From the NCBI GenBank assembly GCA_000004985.1, contig GG738904.1: 64,000 nucleotides of DNA; one strand, 5' to 3'. Below, piece by piece: positions 10,590 to 19,392 of this stretch; the stretch's first letter is position 1; every line of letters starts with the position of its first letter. The DNA is from Naegleria gruberi. Taxonomy: Eukaryota. Position numbers and translations under genes: made by a program. The notes under the pieces are model-generated. The model searched no databases and had not been told where the DNA came from. It saw only the letters and a program-made list of their open reading frames with translations.

Positions 10590-13500
10590 ATGTCATCATA
10601 TTGTGCAATCAACAAAGAACGAAAAAAACTCAACCATCCATCACTTATTCGGTGGATAAAGGAAGAAAAGCGAATCTCATCAAAAAAACAAAATCAACAA
10701 CAATTTGTGGAGGAAATTGCTGATGAGGACGGTGTTTGCAGGAAATGCTTTCCTGATGGAATGGTAAATGAATCAGTTCAACAACAACAAGAAGAGGATG
10801 ATGATAATCGTAAAGTTAGATTTACAGAACACAATTCAGAGGATGCCCACAATACTCTTTCGGATTTGACAAACTCTGAAGCAGTAAACGCAAAGACAGA
10901 GCTTCACAAGAAAGTAATTTTCATGCACCATCAACAAAACAGGAGAAATGTTATTGATAAAGCTGAACAAACATCACTAGTGAGTGAAGATGAATTTGGA
11001 AAATTGTCTGATGAAAATTTGTTTGGAAAGGTACACTATCTTCTGTCCTCTATCAAATCTAATAGAGTGGAAACCAATGTGACGCCAACCAAAATTACAA
11101 ACATGACCCTAGACGATGATGAGCCAAGACCTAGTAATTTAAATATTTCCCCTTCTTCCTTATTCTGTGGATATCCTTCCAATGCAGACGATCAGGCACC
11201 ATTACAAAACACTAGCCGAGAGACACCATCTTTTGAAAATGAATTATTTCATAACTATTCACTCCCCAAACAAACAGTATCACCCAATATTTCTAACTTA
11301 ACTTTGGCAGATGCCTCTAGGCAAATTCAATCCATGTACAATCACATTACATCTGTATACGGATCAGAACCATTAAATCAAAGACAAATAATATTCGAGA
11401 AAACACTAAATATTGGAATAACCAGTAACAATGAAAATGATACGGTTCATGACTTGAACTACATTAAGGATAAAGTAAAAAAATTACGAAGCAAAAGACT
11501 TCAAGAAATCAAAAGAAATTTGGAATTTGAAAGGGTAGAATTAATGAAAAATCCAAAAATAGGAGATCTTAAAAAGCGAATTAGTGACCTTAAAAGAAAA
11601 ATAGAAAAAGAATACGAGAAGGATGAACTTTTCAGAAAACAAAGACTGAAGGAAACAAATAGACTAAAACTTGTGAAGAATACTCCAAAAGCTGAAGAGA
11701 AGCTTAAAATGTTTTTAAATGCCCTTAATGCTAATTATTCCAATACTTGCTATCAAGTAACTATTTATGAGGGAGAAATATCGACCTGTCTGGCCAAACT
11801 GTTTTTAATTTATTTAAAAATTGAGAAAGAAATACAAAAATCTAGGGATATATTGCTGACAAAATTGAATGATGAAATGTTGGAAAACTGTGCTAGGAAT
11901 ACTTTTTACGCCTTCAAAAACTTTACTAAAAAGCAACAAGATTTGAGGCAACAACAACAAAGATTTGACAACTACATAACTCATAGAAGAAAAGTAAGCC
12001 TCTTTGCTAAATGGAAAGAAAGTACAAAATCTTCTGTTACAGAGAAGGAAAAGGATGAGGTAGCTATGATTCATTACTACAATAACCTCCAACGTAAGGC
12101 TTTCAATAGTATAGCTTTCGTCTTGAATAGTATGATTCTTAAACGGTGTGCAAAGGAGCTTTCTTTTATGTGGAGGGATAGGCAGATTCTTGGAAAGGGG
12201 TTCTTTGGTTGGAGGCATCAATCTGAAAAAACAAAGTATTTGAAACAAGGTCTCATGAGGTTTGCTGTTTCAGATTCCTTTGATGAGTTGGACAGGTTCA
12301 AATCTGAATATGAGATTGAGTCCTACATGTCTTACAAAATACGTCTCAATTTCAGAACCAAAATAACCAAGCACTTGATTCAACTTTATAGAGAAAAGAA
12401 ATCCCTAGTTTCTAAATTCGAGCACACTCCAAAACTTAGATACATTGAATACTTTACCAAAAAACCAATTGATCTGAGTACTATTTACAAAATTGAAGAA
12501 TACGATCAAAGATTTAAGCACTTTAACTATTTGAAAAAGCACGACAGCAGACCAGTTTGGGATGGTCCACCAGAGGAGCAGTACGAACCACCTCTCTACT
12601 CAAAATCTTCTTTTCAAAAAGCATCAATTCCAAACCTTACTGAACAAGTATATGATATCAGACTCAAAAAGAAAATATTTCAACAGTGGAGTGAAAAAGC
12701 GTGTGATAAGATACTTAAAAACAGAGCGGACCAATTCTATAGTGACGTGACAAAGCGAAAGGTCTTGTACGTACTAAGAGAAAATAGAGATGATATTTAC
12801 GAAAAGAGTCTGCAAATACAGGACAATTCAAATGCTACAATGATTGTTAAATACTTCAACAAGTGGAGAGAAACCACAGAACTAGTCAGCCATGAAAAAG
12901 ATAGTATTGCCTCAGAATACTACAATATAACATTAGCAAGAAAGGCATTCCAAGCTTTGAAAACAACTTGTCTTGTAGATTACAATCCTCATTTGAATGA
13001 TCTATGTAAGCAATGGCTTGTCAAATCAAAGGAGCGTTATTTCAAACGTTGGAAGTTGATGTTGTTCTTGAGAAAAAGTGAAGAAAAGTTTGAACTGGCA
13101 GTTGCAGAACAATATCAAATGACTTTAAAGTTCAAACTGTTAACAGCTTGGAGAGAAAAAGCAAAAAAGAGACAACTGTTAAGAAAAGTTCTCACTGACG
13201 GAGCCAACAGAATGAAGGCCAAAACCACTGTTTTAGAAAATAAGAAATCTTTAGCCAAATATGTTCTTAAACAATTGAAAAAGAATAAGGAAGTCAAGAT
13301 CTCTAGGAAAAATCAATACTTCATGTTTATCAAATCTAAGAAATTTTATGATGATGCTCTCAAGCAAAAATTCTTCCAGTTGTGGAAAATCAAACAAGCC
13401 ATTGGAGAAGAACAAAAGAAATTGGAACAGTCACAGGAGGAGAAAGAAAAGACAGCTATTGCACTCAATCACTATAATCAAGTGATAAAGAAGAAAATAA

Positions 13501-14393
13501 TCAAATCATGGAGAGAGTATACCCTTGAAACAAACTTTGTTGATATATTTATTTTGAGAAAGGCTTTTGAAAATTGGAGAATATTCGCTGCTAAATCAAC
13601 CGAGGAACCAAAGCACAAATTTAAAAAAAACATTTTTCAAAGATGGAAAGCTGCACTCAGAGAAAAGAATGAAATGAGCTCGTTAAATAGTCTTGCTGAA
13701 AGGTTCCACGAAAGAAAACTGGCTCAGAAATCAATGGGGTCCATCAAGGAATACATTGTCCAACAAAGAATAGAACATGTTCAATTGATAAGAGCTAATC
13801 AATATTACAAAGAATCTCTGATGAGGAAAGTTTTAATAGGACTATTAATCAATGTAAATACCATACGAGATAAGAGGCGAAAGAGAGAAAAGGCTGACTT
13901 GTTCTATCACAAGAAATTAGTTCAATCATCACTAGAATCACCACTCTCGCTCGATAGATTCTTGAATGCGAGACCAAACTCACCATTCTTTTTTGCCAAG
14001 ACTGTGAATATTGTTTATTACAAGCTTCTCATTAAGGGAATCGATTCTTGGACATTTTTTGTAAAGAAGGAAAAGGAGAAACGACTTATGCTAGCCAAGG
14101 CAGTCCACGCCAATGCATCAAATCTAGTAGCAAAGTGCTTTAATTTGTGGCGAATCAAATCAAAACTACAATCTCACAAACATCCCAAATTTATAACCAA
14201 ATCCAATATCACTAATTCAAAAATTGTTCAGAGCAATATATCACCAGCCCTTAGTACAAACATTGTTTCTCCAATTCTTCATTCAAGTTTGACACCACAG
14301 GAGAGGAAAATTCTCATTCATCATCACCACTATCTGATTGCCACTGATTCTGATGATGATGATATTGTAGATTATCTAAATATTATTGAATAA
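10590..14393 (+). CDS. Long Lys/Glu-rich coiled-coil protein with repeated F/L-x-x-W-K/R motifs resembling Sfi1 centrin-binding repeats; candidate basal-body/centrosome protein
   Basis: A single 1267-aa ORF. At least 12 W-centred repeats spaced ~20-40 aa apart (FAKWKES, SFMWRDR, FQQWSEK, FNKWRET, FKRWKLM, LTAWREK, FQLWKIK, IKSWREY, FENWRIF, FQRWKAA, FNLWRIK). The N-terminus is acidic and Gln-rich. Confidence 0.55.
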   Translation: MSSYCAINKERKKLNHPSLIRWIKEEKRISSKKQNQQQFVEEIADEDGVCRKCFPDGMVNESVQQQQEEDDDNRKVRFTEHNSEDAHNTLSDLTNSEAVNAKTELHKKVIFMHHQQNRRNVIDKAEQTSLVSEDEFGKLSDENLFGKVHYLLSSIKSNRVETNVTPTKITNMTLDDDEPRPSNLNISPSSLFCGYPSNADDQAPLQNTSRETPSFENELFHNYSLPKQTVSPNISNLTLADASRQIQSMYNHITSVYGSEPLNQRQIIFEKTLNIGITSNNENDTVHDLNYIKDKVKKLRSKRLQEIKRNLEFERVELMKNPKIGDLKKRISDLKRKIEKEYEKDELFRKQRLKETNRLKLVKNTPKAEEKLKMFLNALNANYSNTCYQVTIYEGEISTCLAKLFLIYLKIEKEIQKSRDILLTKLNDEMLENCARNTFYAFKNFTKKQQDLRQQQQRFDNYITHRRKVSLFAKWKESTKSSVTEKEKDEVAMIHYYNNLQRKAFNSIAFVLNSMILKRCAKELSFMWRDRQILGKGFFGWRHQSEKTKYLKQGLMRFAVSDSFDELDRFKSEYEIESYMSYKIRLNFRTKITKHLIQLYREKKSLVSKFEHTPKLRYIEYFTKKPIDLSTIYKIEEYDQRFKHFNYLKKHDSRPVWDGPPEEQYEPPLYSKSSFQKASIPNLTEQVYDIRLKKKIFQQWSEKACDKILKNRADQFYSDVTKRKVLYVLRENRDDIYEKSLQIQDNSNATMIVKYFNKWRETTELVSHEKDSIASEYYNITLARKAFQALKTTCLVDYNPHLNDLCKQWLVKSKERYFKRWKLMLFLRKSEEKFELAVAEQYQMTLKFKLLTAWREKAKKRQLLRKVLTDGANRMKAKTTVLENKKSLAKYVLKQLKKNKEVKISRKNQYFMFIKSKKFYDDALKQKFFQLWKIKQAIGEEQKKLEQSQEEKEKTAIALNHYNQVIKKKIIKSWREYTLETNFVDIFILRKAFENWRIFAAKSTEEPKHKFKKNIFQRWKAALREKNEMSSLNSLAERFHERKLAQKSMGSIKEYIVQQRIEHVQLIRANQYYKESLMRKVLIGLLINVNTIRDKRRKREKADLFYHKKLVQSSLESPLSLDRFLNARPNSPFFFAKTVNIVYYKLLIKGIDSWTFFVKKEKEKRLMLAKAVHANASNLVAKCFNLWRIKSKLQSHKHPKFITKSNITNSKIVQSNISPALSTNIVSPILHSSLTPQERKILIHHHHYLIATDSDDDDIVDYLNIIE

Positions 14394-14423
14394 ATTTTCA
14401 TTCTCACCACTAACTGTTTATTA

Positions 14424-14435
14424 TTTGGCGCCAAA
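14424..14435 (+). promoter_or_regulatory. Perfect palindromic E2F-like site TTTGGCGCCAAA, 37 nt upstream of the RSPH9 ATG
   Basis: A 12-nt perfect palindrome identical to the classical overlapping E2F site. Confidence 0.45.
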
Positions 14436-14471
14436 TTTAAACTACAATTTTTAAAACAACCTACAAAAAAA

Positions 14472-15416
14472 ATGGAACAAAACGAACTTGCCTTTCATTC
14501 TCAATTTCTCTCATTAAACGGATATTGTTTGAATCTGGAAGAGAAGACTGCCCTTCAAAGCAGTTTGCTTATTCTCCAAGAAAATAACCATTTCCATACT
14601 GTACAATTCTGGGGAAAGATTCAAGGTGTAGAACAAGATTATCATATTGCCGAAGGATATCGTGGATCAATGATGGATGAAAGAATAAGATTTTACTCGA
14701 TCGATGGAGGAATTAGTTGGAATCAAATGACTTTTGACTTGACTGAATATGAGGTTTCCTGCATAGAATCAATCCGAACACTGTTCATGGGTATCCCAAC
14801 TCACACCTATTTATTCCCAAAACCAAAGGAAGAGTCTTCCGAAGAAGTCACTGACAAACAAGAAGTTCCAGTTGAGCCAAAGGAACCTAAGGATGATGAT
14901 GAGGATAATGAAGACAAAAATGATGAAAAAGCTGATGATGAAAAGAAGACAAAACCAAAGGAAGAGTTATTCACTATAACTGAAGAAAAGAGATTAACAT
15001 GGGCTGTAAAAATGATTGACCAAGACGGAAGTGTTGTACCAAGGGGTGCTTTTGTTGTCAAGAAGGATGACGAGCAGGTAATTGTAAAAAATCAAACATT
15101 CTTTGGAATGGATAAGTATCAAGCATCAAAGCTCTATAACTTTGTCCACCTCAGAACACCAATCCACAAAACATGGGAAAATATAGTTGCTCAACAATAT
15201 ATTGACAAGTCTCTTGATTTTGCTGATCCAGTTGATGATGACATACCATACGGTTGTTGGAGCGTCCAATATGAGGAAATTATTAATACTGTAGTTGGAA
15301 GAAGTCTTTTGTGGCCTGGCTACGTCTTTTATCACAAAATTCAAACCCCATTCTATGGAGGTTTCTATATTGGAAATGGTTTGAAGAATGTTGACCTTTG
15401 TTTTATGTTACCTTAG
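14472..15416 (+). CDS. RSPH9: Radial spoke head protein 9 homolog (axonemal)
   Basis: The N-terminal region ...HFHTVQFWGKIQGVEQDYHIAEGY matches the RSPH9 block (VLFWGRILGL.ADYYIAQG). Length and architecture fit, with an acidic low-complexity insert of about 60 aa. Confidence 0.75.
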   Translation: MEQNELAFHSQFLSLNGYCLNLEEKTALQSSLLILQENNHFHTVQFWGKIQGVEQDYHIAEGYRGSMMDERIRFYSIDGGISWNQMTFDLTEYEVSCIESIRTLFMGIPTHTYLFPKPKEESSEEVTDKQEVPVEPKEPKDDDEDNEDKNDEKADDEKKTKPKEELFTITEEKRLTWAVKMIDQDGSVVPRGAFVVKKDDEQVIVKNQTFFGMDKYQASKLYNFVHLRTPIHKTWENIVAQQYIDKSLDFADPVDDDIPYGCWSVQYEEIINTVVGRSLLWPGYVFYHKIQTPFYGGFYIGNGLKNVDLCFMLP

Positions 15417-15610
15417 TTCTGTAATAAATGTATAATTTGATTAGAAAGAGGAACGATAAAAATTATATTTTAACTACATTGTCACATACTGACTTGGTTA
15501 ATAAATTACCCCCCAAATATTCCATTATTGGAAATATCATGTTTAATTTAAAATAAAAATAACAAAAAATAAATTAATTAATTAATTAAAAAAATGTAAT
15601 AATAAGCAAA

Positions 15611-16747
15611 TTAACAAAACAAAAACTCAACATCCAAATAGAGCACATTACTCATCATGATTCGTTGATATTTACAATTAGCTGATCCAAGAATCAATCC
15701 TGAAACAAAATCCAACTCTTCCAATGTTGAGGGAAGATAGAGTACTCTTCCACTTCTCGTAAATCTGGCACATCGTCCACTTCTCAATCGACTTTTAGTC
15801 TCATCACACACCACATCAAAATGTACAATACAATTACACCAAGGAACATCAATTCCTAACCAATCCTCTTCAGTTCCAATGAGGTGTATTGTTGACCGAG
15901 TGAAGGAGTGAAATCTCTCTTTTAAAACATCATATTGTTGTGGAGCAATTTGGAGAGTTGGATAAATCTCCTTCAGGGAATTGAATGATTGAGCTACTCT
16001 GTTATGTGAATTGCAGAAAAAGATGCAAAAATCGGAGATATTGAAGAGGGACTGTTTCAACAAGTCGAGTTTCTGATTTGGTTTTGGACAATAGACAAAT
16101 GTCTCAATAATTAATTCATTCAATTCCTTTCTACTTTGTTCTATTGTTGCATTTTTCAAATGATTATCATGAATATAACATTCAGGAGGAGGCATTTCAC
16201 ATCCAGTACAGATTATTCTGGTTTTATCTGGTAATTGTTTGAAAATTGATTTGATACACTTCCTACAATCAGATCCAAATTCCAACATTAAATTCATTTC
16301 ATCAACAGCTAAAATATTCAAATTAGAAACATCAATATTATGATGTAGAGCTAATTGTGGAGTGGTCACTAAAATTCTTGTTTGATCTGTTGGACACATG
16401 GAAATTTCAGTGACCTTTCTATTATTTGCACAATATTCAGAAATATAATTCAGAATGTTAAATATATACATTGCTAAATATTCTGTTGGAGCAAGAATTA
16501 ATCCTTGCAGTGAATGTTTAGATTGAAAATCAATTTCCATGACCACTTTAATCACCAAACCAATTGTCTTGCCAGATCCGGAATTCCACTGTTGAATGAT
16601 TGCCTTTTCAAGTTTGGAATGGAGAATGTATTGTTGAGCTGATGACATTTCCTCCAATCCAAAACTATAAATCCCTCTCAACAGTTCTTCCGACACGCCA
16701 ACAACATCATAAAAGTGGGGTGAAGACATTTTTTTTAACAAATTCAA
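15611..16747 (-). CDS. eIF4A-like DEAD-box helicase paralog with degenerate catalytic motifs (likely pseudo-helicase)
   Basis: Q-motif and motif I are well conserved against eIF4A (SEELLRGIYSFGLEEMSSAQQ; NSGSGKT; LAPTEYLA). DEAD is replaced by DEMN, SAT by CTG, and the HRIGR motif is altered to RLRSGRCARFTRSGR. Confidence 0.7.
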   Translation of the reverse strand: MNLLKKMSSPHFYDVVGVSEELLRGIYSFGLEEMSSAQQYILHSKLEKAIIQQWNSGSGKTIGLVIKVVMEIDFQSKHSLQGLILAPTEYLAMYIFNILNYISEYCANNRKVTEISMCPTDQTRILVTTPQLALHHNIDVSNLNILAVDEMNLMLEFGSDCRKCIKSIFKQLPDKTRIICTGCEMPPPECYIHDNHLKNATIEQSRKELNELIIETFVYCPKPNQKLDLLKQSLFNISDFCIFFCNSHNRVAQSFNSLKEIYPTLQIAPQQYDVLKERFHSFTRSTIHLIGTEEDWLGIDVPWCNCIVHFDVVCDETKSRLRSGRCARFTRSGRVLYLPSTLEELDFVSGLILGSANCKYQRIMMSNVLYLDVEFLFC

Positions 16748-16846
16748 ATGTCAAACTTTGTAAACACGCAACTTGACACATTAGAGACTGGGAGGTTAGG
16801 TAGATATGATATTGTCTTATCAATTTTTGAAACTAATCTCCATTGA

Positions 16847-18883
16847 TTACAAAAAAGGATTGTCTTGGTTAAGGTAGTAATAAGTATCAAAAATAGTAGA
16901 TTGAAAGTGATCTGAGGGTAAACATGGAGGACCAATTGAGCTCCAACTGTAATAATGTTCATGCTCTCCAGAATCACAATAGAAACTCATTGACTTGGTA
17001 GCTCTCATAAATGTGAGTAGGTCTTGTTTCCTCTCCTCTGTTGCATAATTGAAAGCAGACCTCCTTGTAGAGACAGCAAGGCAAATCATTTGTTCATCAT
17101 TTCTAATTTCCTCTGGTGCATATTGTAACAATGTTCCATCGTACCTTAATGCAAATTTGTAAAATTCTCTATTGTTAAGATAGTAATCATCATTGTCAAC
17201 CTCATTAGTTTGTGTAATTGTGTCAGATATTAGGCCTAAATGGCCAACCTCAGAAAAGCTCTCATCTCCATCATAATCCAAAAACTCTGGCTCGTTTGGA
17301 TAATAACTAGAGCAAGGATCCACTAGTAATCTTCTGATAACTTGGACATATCTGTTAAATAATTGGTTAGGGAATGTAATATCTATAATATCAATGCCAC
17401 CTGCTAAAATATTACAAATATCCTTATCATTTAACAGTTCTAGATTTGCAAATTGGATAGCCCTAATATTCCTTCGTATAGCCACTAATACCACCTCTTT
17501 ATCCTTCTTCAATTCATCAGATGTATATTTCAAACTCATTGGAGATGTTTGTAAAGCTCTCATTACAATTTCCTTGTTGGCCGTAATTTTAGGCGAGCAA
17601 AATCTCAATAAATAACCACATCGACAAACTAGTCGTTCTCTTTCCAATTCATCATCACTACTCTTGTTGAACAAATCAATAAACTCATCTCTATTCCAAA
17701 TATTCTCATATCTTGAAGGTTCTTGTTCAATACTTTGTTTTTTCTGGGTAGTATTAAACTCTCTCAGGGCTGGATGTGATTGCACATGATCTGGTAACCA
17801 TGAGAAAATATCCGCATTATGTTTTAAAACATCTAATATCAGTTTGATATCTCCTCCAAATAGTGTAGTATCATTCAAAATGAAATTACTTAATTTGAAC
17901 ATTGGATGAATAGTAGAATCCCAAACTTTTCCTCCAATCTTCAATTGTTGAATTGTTATATCCCTATCTTGTTCAAACTCAACTGGTATTCTATACTTTT
18001 GAAATACTGATAAACCAACAATGCTTACATTTTGTAAGCACTTTAGGATTAGATCTTTTGTAATAAGATCTTTTTTGAGATGGATCCAATCCAATCCTCT
18101 TTCCACACAACTAATCACAAGATCCTCTTGGGTTATGAACTTTTTAAATGCATACAATGCCTTTGGGAATTTTGAAATGATTCTTTTCATGAACGGTTCA
18201 CTTTCCAAAAGACGATTCGAAACAGAATGAAGCAACACGTAGTAAATATCAGAGGGTTTGTAGATTCTCTCAACCACACTCAAACAAAATGCTTCATCAT
18301 CCAATGCTTCAGGTGATACTTGAGAAGATAAAGAACAATTAGCCATTAGACAATGTGCAATAATTTCAGGATCTTTCCTAAATACAGAACTATTCACCAT
18401 GAAACTAGCAATCGAATCAGCATTAGATTTAACAGCTGCAAGAGCTATTTCTCTATCCACCTTGAACTTTTCAGGTAAAAAAGCAAATTCACTTCCACAA
18501 TTCCTAACACATTCCAATAAAACTTGTCTATCATCATAATCGAAAGGTAAATTCCTAATTATTCCTGGTTTTCCAAATTTAGCCAATTTAAGAAGTACTA
18601 ATCGGAAGGGCACACAAGAATTAATTGTATTCCCGTGAAAACTATTGATAGTTGCCAATTTTTCTTCCTTTAATTTATCCAAAAACCACAACAAAGCCCT
18701 CTCCAACTCAAATTGCCTGTCGTTTGCTTGTAACATTCGCCTTCCGAGCTTTTCCTTTAGTAATTGGGCATGAAAATTATTCTTGCTGAGAACAGTTTCC
18801 TTTGAAAATGGTAACACAACAACGTCTATATCTTGAAGTAATTGAAACATTTTTTTTAAAAACAGGGCAATAAAGTTCATCAT
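16847..18883 (-). CDS. Hypothetical protein with DUF4116-like repeats
   Basis: Repeated segments of type REIALAAVKSNADSIASF / KEVVLVAIRRNIRAIQFAN / EQMICLAVSTRRSAFNYAT / KEIVMRALQTSPMSLKYTS. The gene lies in tandem with the upstream helicase-like gene. Confidence 0.45.
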   Translation of the reverse strand: MMNFIALFLKKMFQLLQDIDVVVLPFSKETVLSKNNFHAQLLKEKLGRRMLQANDRQFELERALLWFLDKLKEEKLATINSFHGNTINSCVPFRLVLLKLAKFGKPGIIRNLPFDYDDRQVLLECVRNCGSEFAFLPEKFKVDREIALAAVKSNADSIASFMVNSSVFRKDPEIIAHCLMANCSLSSQVSPEALDDEAFCLSVVERIYKPSDIYYVLLHSVSNRLLESEPFMKRIISKFPKALYAFKKFITQEDLVISCVERGLDWIHLKKDLITKDLILKCLQNVSIVGLSVFQKYRIPVEFEQDRDITIQQLKIGGKVWDSTIHPMFKLSNFILNDTTLFGGDIKLILDVLKHNADIFSWLPDHVQSHPALREFNTTQKKQSIEQEPSRYENIWNRDEFIDLFNKSSDDELERERLVCRCGYLLRFCSPKITANKEIVMRALQTSPMSLKYTSDELKKDKEVVLVAIRRNIRAIQFANLELLNDKDICNILAGGIDIIDITFPNQLFNRYVQVIRRLLVDPCSSYYPNEPEFLDYDGDESFSEVGHLGLISDTITQTNEVDNDDYYLNNREFYKFALRYDGTLLQYAPEEIRNDEQMICLAVSTRRSAFNYATEERKQDLLTFMRATKSMSFYCDSGEHEHYYSWSSIGPPCLPSDHFQSTIFDTYYYLNQDNPFL

Positions 18884-19228
18884 CTAGGAAAATTTCATCC
18901 TTTCCAATAGATTGTTGATTTCATCAATCCTCAATTTAGCAAGGTCACTCAAACCCTAGTAGCTTCACAGACAGGAAATAGGTCTGGTTCTCTATCACCA
19001 ACAATGAGATTGAGCTCTCAAGTTGATAATCCAAGAAAATTGACAAAGAAGCAATAATTTGTGAACTGTACATGAATGGACCTAGATATTCTTCTGGTTG
19101 CCAACTCAATCAAACCAGAAGTACAACACTAACAACATTTTATTATTGATATGTACCACTTCCCAAAGAAGTATTAGTGTTGTTTACCACTAACAACAAG
19201 TTTCATTTGTTTTGCACAATTTTGAATA

Positions 19229-19310
19229 TGATGTAACAAATACACGTAGATGTCACCAAATCAAGCATACCTAAAATGGTGCTACATGGCTGGTGAGTTG
19301 GGAACCCCAG
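19229..19310 (+). repeat. Copy A of an ~82-bp direct repeat (ATGTAACAAATACACGTAGATGT...GCTGGTGAGTTGGGAACCCCAG)
   Basis: About 92% identical to 20868..20950 in the same orientation. The two copies flank gene 19393..20793. Confidence 0.8.
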
Positions 19311-19392
19311 CAGATTTTACCTACACTCCAAACACCAGAAACCAGAAAGTTGTTGAAAAAGTATTAAACAAGTACCAGAGTTCCATTTAAAT

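Noticed and set aside
11814-12248. Antisense and internal short ORFs inside large genes (e.g. 11814..12248, 13115..13297, 34186..34377, 44240..44431, 46495..46769, 49933..50403, 62399..62917, 63120..63464)
   Set aside because: They overlap well-supported long coding regions on the opposite strand or frame, are low-complexity, and show no motifs. They are typical spurious ORFs in AT-rich coding DNA.
18884-19228. Local inverted/direct CACTAACAACA repeats and a compositionally less AT-rich spacer as a ncRNA gene
   Set aside because: No recognisable RNA family structure. It could simply be UTR sequence of the flanking genes.
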